Below, piece after piece: positions 8,066 to 18,783 of a DNA stretch of 64,000 nt (the stretch's first letter is position 1; the number at the start of each line of letters is the position of its first letter). This DNA is from an uncultured cyanobacterium (GTDB taxonomy: Bacteria > Cyanobacteriota > Cyanobacteriia > Cyanobacteriales > CAWUOF01), in contig CAVUSO010000001.1 of the NCBI GenBank assembly GCA_963744145.1, positions 3,776,001 through 3,840,000 of the forward strand, given 5' to 3'. The position numbers were made by a program, and so were the translations under genes. The notes under the pieces are model-generated. The model saw nothing but the letters and a program-made list of their open reading frames with translations. It made no database searches and was not told the origin of the DNA.

Positions 8066-10594
8066 GTGATGTTTAAGTTAACTGACAAAATACCTTTGCT
8101 AGTTGCTACTCGGCATCGTTTACGCCGAGCTAAATGGCACCTATGGCAATCAGTAATTCTGATTAGTACGATCGCGACTACGATAGTTTTAGGATTACGC
8201 GCTACAGGTGCGATCGAATTACTGGAATTGAAGACGTTTGACCTGATGATGTGTTGGCGTAGCGATCTTCCGACCGATGATCGATTACTAATTGTGGCGA
8301 TCGATGAAGATGACCTCAAATTTCAACAGGAATGGCCCTTATCCGATCTACGGTTGGCCACTCTCCTGGAAAAATTACAACGATATCAACCAACAGTTAT
8401 CGGTGTGGATCTATATCGCAATTTGCCCAAACCTCCTGGTTATGAAAAACTAGTTGTTCAATTACAAAAACCTAATGTAATTACGATTCGTAATGTTTAC
8501 GATACTAAAGGAGTTCCTCAACCTCCTAGTGCCCCTCCTCATCAGGTGGGATTTAATGATTTACTGCTTGATGCTGATGGGCCAGTACGGCGGAATTTAT
8601 TGTTTGCTTCCTCCAAGTTGTATTCTTTTTCGCTCCGATTATCCCTCACCTATTTGCAAACTTTAGGCATTGAACCTCAGCCTAGTCCAATTGATCCTCA
8701 GTATATGCAAATTGGCCAAGCTGTTTTTATCCCATTAACAAGTCATTCTGGAGGCTATATTAATGTCGATCAGCGTGGCTACCAAATTTTACTCAATTAC
8801 CGCAACCGGAACCAGGTGGCTCGACAAGTTTCTCTGACTGATGTGTTTCGCGATCGCATTGATCCCAATTTCATCAAAAACAAAATTGTTTTAATTGGGA
8901 CTAGCGCCCCAAGTCTGAAAGACCTATTTTTTACCCCCTATTCTGGGAGTGAAAAAGATAATGATAAAATGCCTGGGATCTTGCTCCATGCCCAGATGAC
9001 CAGTCAAATTGTGAGTGCGGCTTTGGGTGAAACTCGCTTATTTTGGTTCTGGCCCGAATGGGGACAATTATTATGGATTGGGTTCTGGACTTTTGCTGGT
9101 GGTTTCCTAGTTTGGAAAACTAAACTTCCCCTCAATTTAGCTTTAGGTGGAGGAGTGCTTTTCCTGACCTTAGCAGGAATTACCGTGACCTGTTTTCTGG
9201 AAAACGGATGGCTCCCTGTGATTGCACCCACAATTGGCTTGGCGATCGCAATTACTAGCGTTTTAGTCTATAAATTGCGCTACGATACCTATCATGATCC
9301 CCTGACTGGTTTGCCTAATCGAGCTTTATTTATTGACTACTTGGAAAAAATTATTCAAGTAGCTAAAGGTCAAGAAGATTATTTATGTGCAGTGCTATTA
9401 ATCGATTTAGATAATTTCAAAGTCATTAATAATAGTTGTGGTCATGAGATTAGTGATCAATTATTGCTCCTCCTATCTCAACGATTAAATAAATGTCTAA
9501 AAATTCCCCATATCTTAGCCCGATTTGGTGGAGATGAGTTTGTAGTTCTGGTGGAAAATGTCCCTGATATTGAGGAAGTGAAAAAAGTAGCTGAACTGAT
9601 TCAGCAAGAATTATGTCTGCCGTTTAAAATTAGTGGACAAGAGTTATTTACTAGCGCCACGATTGGGATTGCGATCGGTGAGAGTGAAAAAATTTCTGCC
9701 AATGAGCAGCTAGATTTGTTGCAAAATGCTCATACTGCTCTAGATCGGGCGAAAATACTGAGTAAATCAAGTTATCAGATTTTTGAACAATCAATGCAGC
9801 TCAATATTGTCGCACGATTGCAGTTGGAAAGTGATTTGCGTAGAGGGTTAGAAGCAGAGGAGTTTCTGGTATATTATCAGCCGTTAGTTTGTTTAAAAAC
9901 CGGGAAAATTAAGGGTTTTGAAGCTCTAGTTCGTTGGCAACATCCCCACCGAGGTCTGGTGTTTCCGGGGGAGTTTATTCCCGTTACTGAAGAAACTGGA
10001 TTGATTATTCCTTTGGGTGCATGGGTGTTAGCCGCAGCTTGTCGGCAAATGAAGATCTGGCACGATTTATTCCCTTCACCTAAACCCTTAATCATTAGTG
10101 TAAATTTGTCGGGAAAACAGTTTACTCAAGAGAATTTAATTTCAGAAATTAAACAAATTTTAATCAAAACAGGTTTTAATCCACGCTGTTTGAAATTAGA
10201 AATTACGGAAAGTGTGGTCATGGATGATGTGGAAAAAGCGATCGCAATGTTAGCAGAATTGCGTGCATTGGATGTACAGTTAGGCATGGATGATTTTGGG
10301 ACAGGTTATTCTTCTTTAAGTTATTTGCATCGCTTTCCCACTGATATGTTAAAGATTGACCGCTCATTTGTGAATCGGATGGGTGATGAAGGAGAAAATC
10401 TGGCAATTGTGCGGACAATCGTTGCTTTAGCACATAATTTGGGGATGCAAGTAATTGCTGAGGGAGTGGAAACCGCGTCCCAATTGGCCCAGTTGCGATC
10501 GCTTGGCTGTGAGTATGGACAAGGATATTTTTTCTCTAAACCTGTAGATAGCAAAACTGCTGAAGCCTTGCTAATTAAAGATCCCCAATGGTAA
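8066..10594 (+). CDS. CHASE2-GGDEF-EAL c-di-GMP signalling protein
   Basis: CHASE2 (VGFND...DGPVRR, IVLIG, PGILLHA), 3 TM, ARFGGDEF, EALVRW, DDFGTGYSSL. Confidence 0.93.
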   Translation: MMFKLTDKIPLLVATRHRLRRAKWHLWQSVILISTIATTIVLGLRATGAIELLELKTFDLMMCWRSDLPTDDRLLIVAIDEDDLKFQQEWPLSDLRLATLLEKLQRYQPTVIGVDLYRNLPKPPGYEKLVVQLQKPNVITIRNVYDTKGVPQPPSAPPHQVGFNDLLLDADGPVRRNLLFASSKLYSFSLRLSLTYLQTLGIEPQPSPIDPQYMQIGQAVFIPLTSHSGGYINVDQRGYQILLNYRNRNQVARQVSLTDVFRDRIDPNFIKNKIVLIGTSAPSLKDLFFTPYSGSEKDNDKMPGILLHAQMTSQIVSAALGETRLFWFWPEWGQLLWIGFWTFAGGFLVWKTKLPLNLALGGGVLFLTLAGITVTCFLENGWLPVIAPTIGLAIAITSVLVYKLRYDTYHDPLTGLPNRALFIDYLEKIIQVAKGQEDYLCAVLLIDLDNFKVINNSCGHEISDQLLLLLSQRLNKCLKIPHILARFGGDEFVVLVENVPDIEEVKKVAELIQQELCLPFKISGQELFTSATIGIAIGESEKISANEQLDLLQNAHTALDRAKILSKSSYQIFEQSMQLNIVARLQLESDLRRGLEAEEFLVYYQPLVCLKTGKIKGFEALVRWQHPHRGLVFPGEFIPVTEETGLIIPLGAWVLAAACRQMKIWHDLFPSPKPLIISVNLSGKQFTQENLISEIKQILIKTGFNPRCLKLEITESVVMDDVEKAIAMLAELRALDVQLGMDDFGTGYSSLSYLHRFPTDMLKIDRSFVNRMGDEGENLAIVRTIVALAHNLGMQVIAEGVETASQLAQLRSLGCEYGQGYFFSKPVDSKTAEALLIKDPQW

Positions 10595-10727
10595 ATTATC
10601 CCCTATCCTGATGACAGGCAAGATGCCTGTCCCACCAGAAATGATCATTTTTTAAATTAATGGTCAACTACTGGTTTTACAATTATAAATGGTAATTAAA
10701 AATAATGTTAGATTTTTAGGTAATCCT

Positions 10728-11855
10728 GTGACTGTGACCGCCCAAGTTAGTTCCCCTCTGACAGCGCGATCGCGCCGTGCTGTGTTTCCCTTTACTGCTA
10801 TCGTTGGGCAGGAAGAAATGAAACTTGCCTTACTTTTAAATGTCATTGACCCCAAAATTGGTGGGGTGATGATTATGGGCGATCGCGGTACTGGTAAATC
10901 TACTACAATCCGAGCCCTGGCTGATTTGCTTCCAGAAATTGAAGTAGTAGCTGATGACCCTTTTCAGAGCGATCCCTATGATCCAGAATTAATGAGTGAT
11001 AGTGTACGCGATCGGGTGCTTACACAAGAAAATCTGCCAATTGTCAAGAAAAAAGTGCAGATGGTCGATTTACCCTTGGGTGCTACAGAAGACCGCGTAT
11101 GTGGCACGATCGATATTGAAAAAGCTTTATCAGAAGGTGTCAAAGCATTTGAACCGGGTTTACTCGCTAAAGCTAATCGGGGAATTTTATATGTAGATGA
11201 AGTCAATCTCCTAGACGATCATCTAGTTGATGTGTTATTAGATTCAGCCGCAAGTGGTTGGAATACAGTAGAAAGAGAAGGTATTTCCATCCGACATCCA
11301 GCTAGATTTGTGTTAGTCGGTTCCGGAAACCCTGAAGAAGGAGAATTACGTCCTCAATTACTCGATCGATTTGGGATGCACGCAGAAATTCGTACCGTTA
11401 AAGATCCGATTCTGCGAGTGCAAATTGTCGAAGAAAGATCAGCTTTTGATCAAAATCCCCAGGTCTTTTTAGAAAAACTCCAAACACAACAGGAAGAATT
11501 ACAAAAACGCATTGTCGCAGCGCAAAAACTTCTCCCCTCAGTGGAAATTGATTATGATTTACGAGTAAAAATTTCCCAAGTTTGTGCTGAATTAGATGTG
11601 GATGGTTTACGAGGAGATTTAGTTACTAATCGAGCAGCTAAAGCTTTAGCCGCATTTGAAGGTAGCCAAATAGTTACTGTCGATCTCATTCGTCGTGTTG
11701 TGACTCTTTGTTTACGTCATCGTCTTCGCAAAGATCCTTTAGAATCAATTGATTCTGGCTATAAAGTTCAAAAGGTTTTTTGTCGAGTATTCGAGTTAGA
11801 AGCTCCTGAAACTGAATCAACATCAGCAAATGGAATAAGTACCAGAACCCGTTAA
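10728..11855 (+). CDS. chlI: magnesium chelatase subunit I
   Basis: FPFTAIVGQEEMK, GDRGTGKST, LYVDEVN; GTG at 10728 is the likely start (ORF open from 10689). Confidence 0.97.
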   Translation: MTVTAQVSSPLTARSRRAVFPFTAIVGQEEMKLALLLNVIDPKIGGVMIMGDRGTGKSTTIRALADLLPEIEVVADDPFQSDPYDPELMSDSVRDRVLTQENLPIVKKKVQMVDLPLGATEDRVCGTIDIEKALSEGVKAFEPGLLAKANRGILYVDEVNLLDDHLVDVLLDSAASGWNTVEREGISIRHPARFVLVGSGNPEEGELRPQLLDRFGMHAEIRTVKDPILRVQIVEERSAFDQNPQVFLEKLQTQQEELQKRIVAAQKLLPSVEIDYDLRVKISQVCAELDVDGLRGDLVTNRAAKALAAFEGSQIVTVDLIRRVVTLCLRHRLRKDPLESIDSGYKVQKVFCRVFELEAPETESTSANGISTRTR

Positions 11856-11870
11856 GTCCATATTAGGTAA

Positions 11871-11906
11871 GTAGTAGCGCTTCAGCGCCGCTTTCAGCGC
11901 AACTAC
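11871..11906. repeat. GTAG-type REP-like palindrome downstream of chlI
   Basis: GTAGTAGCGCTTCAGCGC...TTTCAGCGCAACTAC. Confidence 0.55.
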
Positions 11907-12135
11907 ATACCCGGACTCCGATTCAGTAATAGATTATAAGTAGAAATATTGAGGACATTAATCCGGTAATTGTATTTCCGCAAAAATGTGATAAACTATA
12001 TTCTACAGCTACTCCTTTTCTGGCGTTGAGTCCACCCGATCGAGGTCAATTGACATTGTCGTAATTCGGCGAATAACCGCTCATCAGGGTCAGGAACTCA
12101 GGGCTATAAAATTGAATCAAATCAACAAAAGCAAG

Positions 12136-12468
12136 ATGGAAAATAATTCACTACAAGAACAAATAACAGCGTTAAGAGAACGAGTTAGCCAGGATGAGAC
12201 AGAATTTGGGAAAAGAACGAATATCTTGCTTGATGAAATCCTCGCACTTCAGGAAGAATTTTCGGCTATTACTAATAAGTTAGATTCTCTCTTCGAGAGC
12301 CAACGGCAATTGACGGCTACTGTTACCAACTTATCCGGATTTATGCTGGAATTAGCACAACGCGATCGGGAATTAGCAGAACGTAGTGCCGAAGATCGAG
12401 CCGAGATTAGACGCATCTGGGAATATTTACAACTACAACAAAGAAACCAAGGCAACGGACAAGGTTAA
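12136..12468 (+). CDS. hypothetical coiled-coil protein
   Basis: Heptad-rich ORF ending EIRRIWEYL...NGQG. Confidence 0.7.
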   Translation: MENNSLQEQITALRERVSQDETEFGKRTNILLDEILALQEEFSAITNKLDSLFESQRQLTATVTNLSGFMLELAQRDRELAERSAEDRAEIRRIWEYLQLQQRNQGNGQG

Positions 12469-12565
12469 CAAAACTAATCAACCGGATTAAATCGCGCTTA
12501 TCGTTTGCGAATGCAATTAGAATAAGAATTATCTGAGCTAGTCAGTAAATGGGATGGTGAGAAAG

Positions 12566-12675
12566 ATGACCGCAGTAGCAACAAAACCAACAAGAAAGAA
12601 ATTTACTGTAGAGGAATATTACAAGCTAAGTGAGTTGGGGATGGTAAGACAGAATTAATTGATGGGGATATTATT
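12566..12675 (+). pseudogene. degenerate 5' fragment of a Uma2-family gene
   Basis: MTAVATKPTRKKFTVEEYYKL followed by an internal deletion; near-duplicate of 13756 onward including about 55 bp of upstream DNA. Confidence 0.8.
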
Positions 12676-12730
12676 TATAGAGCCCATTTGACATCTTATG
12701 AGGTTTTGAATTAAGGTGCAATCATATATA

Positions 12731-12766
12731 AAAAAGTCCCGATCTAGTATTAGATCGGGACTTTTT
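12731..12766. terminator. intrinsic terminator, probably bidirectional
   Basis: AAAAAGTCCCGATCTA-GTAT-TAGATCGGGACTTTTT. Confidence 0.85.
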
Positions 12767-12779
12767 CGTTTGTAATAAA

Positions 12780-13211
12780 CTAAACGTTTGTTGGTTGTTT
12801 AGCTTCTTTTTGCCAGCGGCTATAAGCCTCTTTATCTCCACCAAAAGAATCTAGTGAAATTTGACGTGGGGGCAATGGGTGAAGAGGTGAGTCGATAGGT
12901 GAATATTGACAATAGCAAATTACGATCATGTCGTAGCCCATTCCGACTGGGATATCTGGGGTATAAGTTTCGACACGGGTGACTTCCCAATCGCTCTTTC
13001 GATAGTGAGTCTTGGCACCTGGTGCTGTCGGATCAACCGCGTCAGGGACTTGGATAAATGCTGGGGGACGATATCCAGGTTCGGGTAACTCGCTATCTGA
13101 GCAATCGTAATGTTCAGCCAATGTACTCGTCAATGAACCAGTGTGAGCATATTTTCTATCTAATCCACCTGGCTGCCGTTTATCGGCACGAAAAACAATC
13201 CACTTACGCAT
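12780..13211 (-). CDS. hypothetical protein
   Basis: ATG at 13211 (MRKWIVFRADK), 4 nt after the upstream ORF's stop; followed by a terminator. Confidence 0.7.
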   Translation of the reverse strand: MRKWIVFRADKRQPGGLDRKYAHTGSLTSTLAEHYDCSDSELPEPGYRPPAFIQVPDAVDPTAPGAKTHYRKSDWEVTRVETYTPDIPVGMGYDMIVICYCQYSPIDSPLHPLPPRQISLDSFGGDKEAYSRWQKEAKQPTNV

Positions 13212-13215
13212 AATT

Positions 13216-13416
13216 TTACTCCTCATTATCATAATAGGACTTGGGAAATTCAGTTTTACCCTCAAAAACACAATCTACAGATAGGATCGGGGTTTCTGTT
13301 TCTTCTATCTCAACCAATCTCCAACCGTATTTATCAGACATTTCTTCGCAGCATTCTTTATCTGCTGCTGCATGACGAGATTTATTTGTTTCCTCGTCGT
13401 ATCTGGGGTTTGGCAT
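13216..13416 (-). CDS. small acidic hypothetical protein
   Basis: 66-aa ORF tightly linked to the next gene. Confidence 0.6.
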   Translation of the reverse strand: MPNPRYDEETNKSRHAAADKECCEEMSDKYGWRLVEIEETETPILSVDCVFEGKTEFPKSYYDNEE

Positions 13417-13434
13417 TTTTTCTAGTAGTTTTGG

Positions 13435-13640
13435 CTAACGAATCAAACAGATCAACACTTTCCTTTTTTGCTGGTCCACAGCTTGACGAGTAATACCGAT
13501 CATCTTGGCAATAGCTGTAGATGTCGGGGCTTCATTAAAGCCCTTTAAAAAGTCCCCCATTCTACTGCGTTGCATTAAGGAATCTAAACAGTAGTATATC
13601 CCCAGAATGATTTTTTGCTGTTGTGACAAATCGTCCCATA
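13435..13640 (-). pseudogene. sigma70 region-4-like HTH fragment
   Basis: WDDLSQQQKIILGIYY...TSTAIAKMIGITRQAVDQQKRK; in-frame stop shortly upstream. Confidence 0.4.
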
Positions 13641-13755
13641 TTCTATATAGGTATCACCAGAGCAAGCCAGTAAAGCGATTACCTACGGTATACTGCGTGA
13701 ACGCAATTAGAATGAGAATTATCTGAGCTAGTCAGTAAATGGGATAGTGAGAAAG

Positions 13756-14310
13756 ATGACCACAGTAGCAACGAAACCAACAAGAAAGAAGTTTACTGTA
13801 GAGGAATATTACAAGCTGGGTGAAGTCGGGATAATTGGACCGGATGAGCGAACCGAGCTAATTGATGGGGATATTATGCTTATGGCACCAATGGGTCGTC
13901 GTCATAGAGGGTACATAATTCGGCTGCATAGAATATTTTCTAAACTTTTAAACGACCGTGCTTTAGTCATAGACCAAATCCCGGTCAGATTAAAGGTCGG
14001 ATTACAACCGGAACCCGATCTATCAATTTTGAAACCTTGTGGTGATGATTACATAAAATCAGATATTCAAATCCAAGACATTTATTTACTAATTGAAATA
14101 TCGGATACCACTATTGACTATGACCGCAATGTGAAGTCAGTCCTCTATGCGAGAGCTGGGATTATTGAACTTTGGATCGTAGATATCGAAGGGGCGTATT
14201 GCAATACGCCCGTACTAGAGGTTTATCGCAATCCTGGTCCGAACGGTTATGAAAGTATCCAGCAATTTAGACGCGGTGAAAGTATCTCACCTCTTTCATT
14301 TCCAGACTAG
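13756..14310 (+). CDS. Uma2 (DUF820) family protein, C-terminal tail frameshifted
   Basis: ELIDG, PEPDL, LIEISD and YARAGI motifs; stop after FPD, while the expected tail VISVDAIF follows in another frame. Confidence 0.85.
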   Translation: MTTVATKPTRKKFTVEEYYKLGEVGIIGPDERTELIDGDIMLMAPMGRRHRGYIIRLHRIFSKLLNDRALVIDQIPVRLKVGLQPEPDLSILKPCGDDYIKSDIQIQDIYLLIEISDTTIDYDRNVKSVLYARAGIIELWIVDIEGAYCNTPVLEVYRNPGPNGYESIQQFRRGESISPLSFPD

Positions 14311-14390
14311 CGTGATTAGTGTCGATGCGATTTTTGAGGACTACTACATATCTAAGAAATAATATATTTTTCCTCTCTAACTGAACTGTA

Positions 14391-15398
14391 TTAGACTATA
14401 GCTTTGGCATCGAGTAGTTGCCATACTTGTTGTAACAAATCATCTAAACCAATTCGAGTAACTGCGGAAATTTGGAATATTGGTAAATGACTAATATTGC
14501 TTAAATGACCTAAAAAGGTTTTAAACTCTTCTAAATCACGATCGATCGCGTCAATCTTATTAATAGCAATAATTTGAGGACGTTCTGCTAAACCACGTCC
14601 GTAAGCAATTAACTCTTGTTGGATAATCTGATAGTTAGCTAAAGGATCAGGATCAGTAGCGTCTATTAGATGTAATAACAAACGAGTCCGTTCAATATGA
14701 CGTAAAAAATCATGTCCTAATCCAGTTCCCAAATGGGCCCCGGCAATTAATCCGGGAATATCTGCAAAAACTGTACCATCTCCAGTGGGTTTACGGACTA
14801 CTCCTAAATTAGGAATTAAAGTGGTAAAAGGATAGTCGGCAATTTTCGGTCGCGCTGCGGATAATGCTGAAATTAGGGTAGACTTACCCGCATTAGGTAA
14901 ACCAATAATTCCCACTTCTGCTAACAGTTTTAGTTCTAGACGGAGTAAACGTTTTTCTCCTGCTAATCCTGGTAAAGCATATTCAGGAGCGCGGTTAGAA
15001 TTACTCAGAAAATGTTTATTACCAAGTCCCCCTTTACCACCTTGAGCCACACAAAGAATCTGATTAGGCTCCACTAAATCTCCCAGCACTTCTTCGGTTT
15101 CGGCATCGTAAACCACTGTACCACAAGGAACCTGAATCAGGCGATCGCTACCATTAGCACCGGTACGATTATTAGGACCACCGCGATCGCCATTTTCAGC
15201 TTGAAACCTGTGAGCATATTGAAAATCTAACAAAGTTTGAAGATTTTCTACTGTCTGTAAAATTACCGATCCCCCTTTACCACCATTACCACCAGATGGA
15301 CCTCCCGCAGGGACATATTTTTCTCTCCGAAAGGCAATAATTCCATCACCACCTTTACCAGCTTCAACTTCTATTTCGACTTGATCAATAAATTGCAT
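14391..15398 (-). CDS. obgE: GTPase ObgE/CgtA
   Basis: [36 protein letters not shown]. Confidence 0.97.
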   Translation of the reverse strand: MQFIDQVEIEVEAGKGGDGIIAFRREKYVPAGGPSGGNGGKGGSVILQTVENLQTLLDFQYAHRFQAENGDRGGPNNRTGANGSDRLIQVPCGTVVYDAETEEVLGDLVEPNQILCVAQGGKGGLGNKHFLSNSNRAPEYALPGLAGEKRLLRLELKLLAEVGIIGLPNAGKSTLISALSAARPKIADYPFTTLIPNLGVVRKPTGDGTVFADIPGLIAGAHLGTGLGHDFLRHIERTRLLLHLIDATDPDPLANYQIIQQELIAYGRGLAERPQIIAINKIDAIDRDLEEFKTFLGHLSNISHLPIFQISAVTRIGLDDLLQQVWQLLDAKAIV

Positions 15399-15462
15399 AG
15401 ATCCTTAGAGGGTTAGGGATGAGGGATCAGTAGTTAGGGGTCATTAATGAACCAGCTAATTA

Positions 15463-16206
15463 CTAACAATAGGCTGATATATCTTCATGACAATCATCCG
15501 CTAAATAGGATAAAGCCCGAAAGCGAAGATAAACCAATTGTTCGTAGAGTGGGTTGAGTTTACAAAGAGGAGGAATCCGGACAATTTTGTGACCAAAGAG
15601 CTTAATATCACGCTCAAATGGGCACTGGGGTGGAATCATTTTACAGAGAAATCTTGCTAGTCTGGGATCATGAATATCTAAGTGGTCAAGCCAATCCCGG
15701 ACTGGATGTAAAACATCAAAATGAGCAGGATGTTCTGAAGAGGAATGAAAAAGATTCATAGAGTTTGTGGTAATTGAATTTACTCCCGAATCTGATTGAG
15801 ATGATTGGGGATCAATTTCGGGAGTTTTTTCTTGGTAAAGAGTTTGTCGTAAGATCTCCAATGCTTCTACTTTCTGTCCCAAAGCTGCATAGAATTGATG
15901 CAGGATGTCATCTTCCGGAGCAGAGTAGACCCCATCAGCTAAAGCTACCATTACAGCGGTGCGTAAGAAGTTTTCTGCGATCGCCGCATCTTTTCCTAAA
16001 ACCGCTGCTAATTCTGACGGTGAAATTGGTTGTACTGCTAAGGAGAAATCAACTGCTTGAGCTGTTAGTTGACTTTCCGTAATACAAGCAATTAGTTGTT
16101 GTTCCTGTGGATCGAAATTACCATCTGCCCAAGCGATCGTTAACAATCCACGGAGCCAGACTGACATCTCTTCGTCCTTGTAGGGAAATTTCACCACGCT
16201 AGTCAT
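15463..16206 (-). CDS. TerB-like plus 'Mo-dependent nitrogenase C-terminal' domain protein
   Basis: AWADG and ALADG TerB-like motifs; IPPQCPFERDI and PPLCKLNPLY; ATG at 16206 preferred. Confidence 0.85.
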   Translation of the reverse strand: MTSVVKFPYKDEEMSVWLRGLLTIAWADGNFDPQEQQLIACITESQLTAQAVDFSLAVQPISPSELAAVLGKDAAIAENFLRTAVMVALADGVYSAPEDDILHQFYAALGQKVEALEILRQTLYQEKTPEIDPQSSQSDSGVNSITTNSMNLFHSSSEHPAHFDVLHPVRDWLDHLDIHDPRLARFLCKMIPPQCPFERDIKLFGHKIVRIPPLCKLNPLYEQLVYLRFRALSYLADDCHEDISAYC

Positions 16207-16354
16207 GGAAATTAAACCTATTGAGTGGATGTACTCGCCTCTTGATCGTAACTGGAACTCTGTCAAAAAAAAACTGTGATATAGATTACAAAGAACCACC
16301 GATATAGGAAAATACATTAGCAAGCAACAAAATTTCCGATTTCTTTAGTTTCTT

Positions 16355-17428
16355 TTACAATCGCTGACATACAATCCAGCGTAATTCTATCGGTGTTTTA
16401 CCGTTTTCGAGGGGAAATAAACGTTTACCAGTTGCCCACTCACCAATCGGTGCTGATGGTGGCCATGACCCGATTGGTAAATGTTTTTCTTCGTATTCCC
16501 ACATTGATTCATCTGAAATTAGTTGGAGTGGTAATTTTGCCATTGCCATTGCTAATTCGTTTCTAGTTAAGAAAAAAGAATCAATTGTATATGCCAGTTC
16601 CCTCGCTGTTTGGTCTGGTTGATATTCTGCTTGAGTCAGAAAAGCATTAAATAACAAAATTCCCCCAGGACAAAGCAGATCAGAAATTTTCGCCATCAAT
16701 AGACGCACTTGACTAACTTCTCGAAAATGAGGCACAACCGAGGCTAAAATTGCTAGTTGATAATAGGTTGGTCTCAGCATTACTTCCGGTGCAAAAAAGT
16801 CTCCTATTTTAACAGTTATCGGTAAATTTTCTGTTTTTGCAACGGTTTGTAATTGTTCAACAAAAGCTGGAGATAAATCTAAAGCATCTACTGGATAACC
16901 GAGCCGAGCTAAGGGGATCGCATTCCGACCAGTACCAGCCCCTATTTCTAAAATTCGTGCATTCTCAGGGTGAGAAATAGTTTGAGCCACTGCCATGACC
17001 TTAGCATCAGGATTAGTGCCGAACATCGATGCTGGATAAATTTCGGCTAAATAATCACATCTTTCGGCGATCGTAATGATCTGGGTCGTAATTTGGCAAG
17101 TCATCCCTTTACCTGGGGGTTGAGCTGACTCATACCGAAATATTACTTTGGCATAAGGTGATGTGGCAAAACCTTCTGCTAATTTTTGGGCTAATACCTG
17201 ACGCAATTGTTCTAGTTCTGTAGGTAAAAAGGGTTTTCCTAATGTAACAAACAGTAACTTTAGCCGCTCAGTGTAATGGTCTAATAATGTGGGAACACAA
17301 GGAAACGCAATTTCACCACGAGTATAAACCCAGGAATTCAGACCGGTGAGAACGGCTTGCTTTAATTGGTCAGGATCAGTTATGGTGGTTAGGCAGTCAC
17401 GCTGGAACTGGATATTTGGGGAGGACAT
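16355..17428 (-). CDS. class I SAM-dependent methyltransferase
   Basis: ILEIGAGTGRNA motif. Confidence 0.85.
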   Translation of the reverse strand: MSSPNIQFQRDCLTTITDPDQLKQAVLTGLNSWVYTRGEIAFPCVPTLLDHYTERLKLLFVTLGKPFLPTELEQLRQVLAQKLAEGFATSPYAKVIFRYESAQPPGKGMTCQITTQIITIAERCDYLAEIYPASMFGTNPDAKVMAVAQTISHPENARILEIGAGTGRNAIPLARLGYPVDALDLSPAFVEQLQTVAKTENLPITVKIGDFFAPEVMLRPTYYQLAILASVVPHFREVSQVRLLMAKISDLLCPGGILLFNAFLTQAEYQPDQTARELAYTIDSFFLTRNELAMAMAKLPLQLISDESMWEYEEKHLPIGSWPPSAPIGEWATGKRLFPLENGKTPIELRWIVCQRL

Positions 17429-17533
17429 AAAATTTTGGTTTGCCCATCAACAATCTACACAGCAAGAAGCGGATGCCCGCGTTTCTGGACTGAAATGGGT
17501 ATCCGCGTAGGCAAATTTCTCTGAATATATCCT

Positions 17534-17833
17534 TCAGCTACTACCAGTAAAAGTGACTTCCGGAAATTTTGATTGAGCCTCTGCTAAAGGACGACGACGA
17601 CCTTCTTCTTGCCAATAGTTAATGACTTCTGTAGCCTTGTTGAGCAATGCTACCCGATCTGCGTCGGCAATCCAATGTTTAGCTTCTAGCTCATTTTTTA
17701 GCTGTTCCCAGGCATCATTCCTAGGCCAGAAAAAGTAAGATGTCAAAGGGCTAGTTCCTTTGCCTACTACTTGATCAACCGCAAGCGCTACGTTCTCTTC
17801 TAGCCAGAGAACCTTTAAAATAAACTTTGACAA
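17534..17833 (-). CDS. ycf65: 30S ribosomal protein PSRP-3
   Basis: [30 protein letters not shown] start. Confidence 0.93.
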   Translation of the reverse strand: MSKFILKVLWLEENVALAVDQVVGKGTSPLTSYFFWPRNDAWEQLKNELEAKHWIADADRVALLNKATEVINYWQEEGRRRPLAEAQSKFPEVTFTGSS

Positions 17834-17955
17834 TCAAACCTCCAGGAAAAACCCAGGCTGTCTTATAAAAACTCTACAACCTTTCTATATTACAGCACTT
17901 TTGGCAAAAATAGTTAAAATATTTACAAAAATATTTTTGCCAAAGGTGGGACAGA

Positions 17956-18783
17956 TTGAATCAGGAACTTAACTCGGACTTAAAGTCGCCCCTGGCGATG
18001 GTAGTTTTTGATATTGATGGAGTATTGCGAGATGTGTGTGGGTCCTATCGTCGTGCGATCGCTGATACCGTAGAGCATTTTACCGAAGGTGCTTATCGTC
18101 CGAGCCTGTTAGATATAGATAAACTCAAGGGAGAAGGGATTTGGAATAATGACTGGGAAGCTTCTCAAGAGTTAATTAATCGTTATTTTGAACAACAGGG
18201 ACAGGGGCGATCGCAACTAAATCTGAATTACGATATCATGGTCAGTTTTTTCCAATCTCGCTACCGGGGTACAGACCCAGATAATTGGAATGGTTACATT
18301 TGCAATGAACCCTTACTGGTCCATCCTACCTATTTAGAACAACTAAATGCAGCAGGAATTTTCTGGGGCTTTTTTAGTGGAGCGACCCGTGGTTCAGCTA
18401 CTTATGTTTTAGAAAAACGTCTGGGTTTAAAATCCCCTGTACTAATCGCAATGGAAGATGCTCCCGGTAAACCTGATCCGACAGGATTGCTAAAAGTAGT
18501 TCATCAATTGGAACAGCAGCATTCTTTCCCACCCTTAGCACCAGTTATTTATGTCGGGGATACGGTTGGTGATATCTATACCTTAGAAAAAGCCAAGCAA
18601 ATTCAGCCAGAAAGAACCTGGATCGCGATCGGGATTCAACCACCCCATGTGCAAGAAACGCTTCCACGTAGTGCGGCTTACACTGCTATGCTCCAGGAAG
18701 CTGGTGCAGTGGTAGTTTTTAGTAATGTTCAACAGTTAACCCCAGCACAGATCAGTAATTTTCTATCAGAGCAGAAGCGATAA
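17956..18783 (+). CDS. HAD-superfamily hydrolase
   Basis: FDIDGV, KPDP and YVGDTVGD motifs. Confidence 0.88.
   Translation: MNQELNSDLKSPLAMVVFDIDGVLRDVCGSYRRAIADTVEHFTEGAYRPSLLDIDKLKGEGIWNNDWEASQELINRYFEQQGQGRSQLNLNYDIMVSFFQSRYRGTDPDNWNGYICNEPLLVHPTYLEQLNAAGIFWGFFSGATRGSATYVLEKRLGLKSPVLIAMEDAPGKPDPTGLLKVVHQLEQQHSFPPLAPVIYVGDTVGDIYTLEKAKQIQPERTWIAIGIQPPHVQETLPRSAAYTAMLQEAGAVVVFSNVQQLTPAQISNFLSEQKR

Noticed and set aside
11990..12110. Riboswitch or sRNA upstream of the coiled-coil gene
   Set aside because: GC-richer than its surroundings, but no recognisable conserved motif; a covariance-model search would be needed
15463..16206. Nitrogen fixation gene
   Set aside because: The domain name is historical; no nif motifs or nif neighbours
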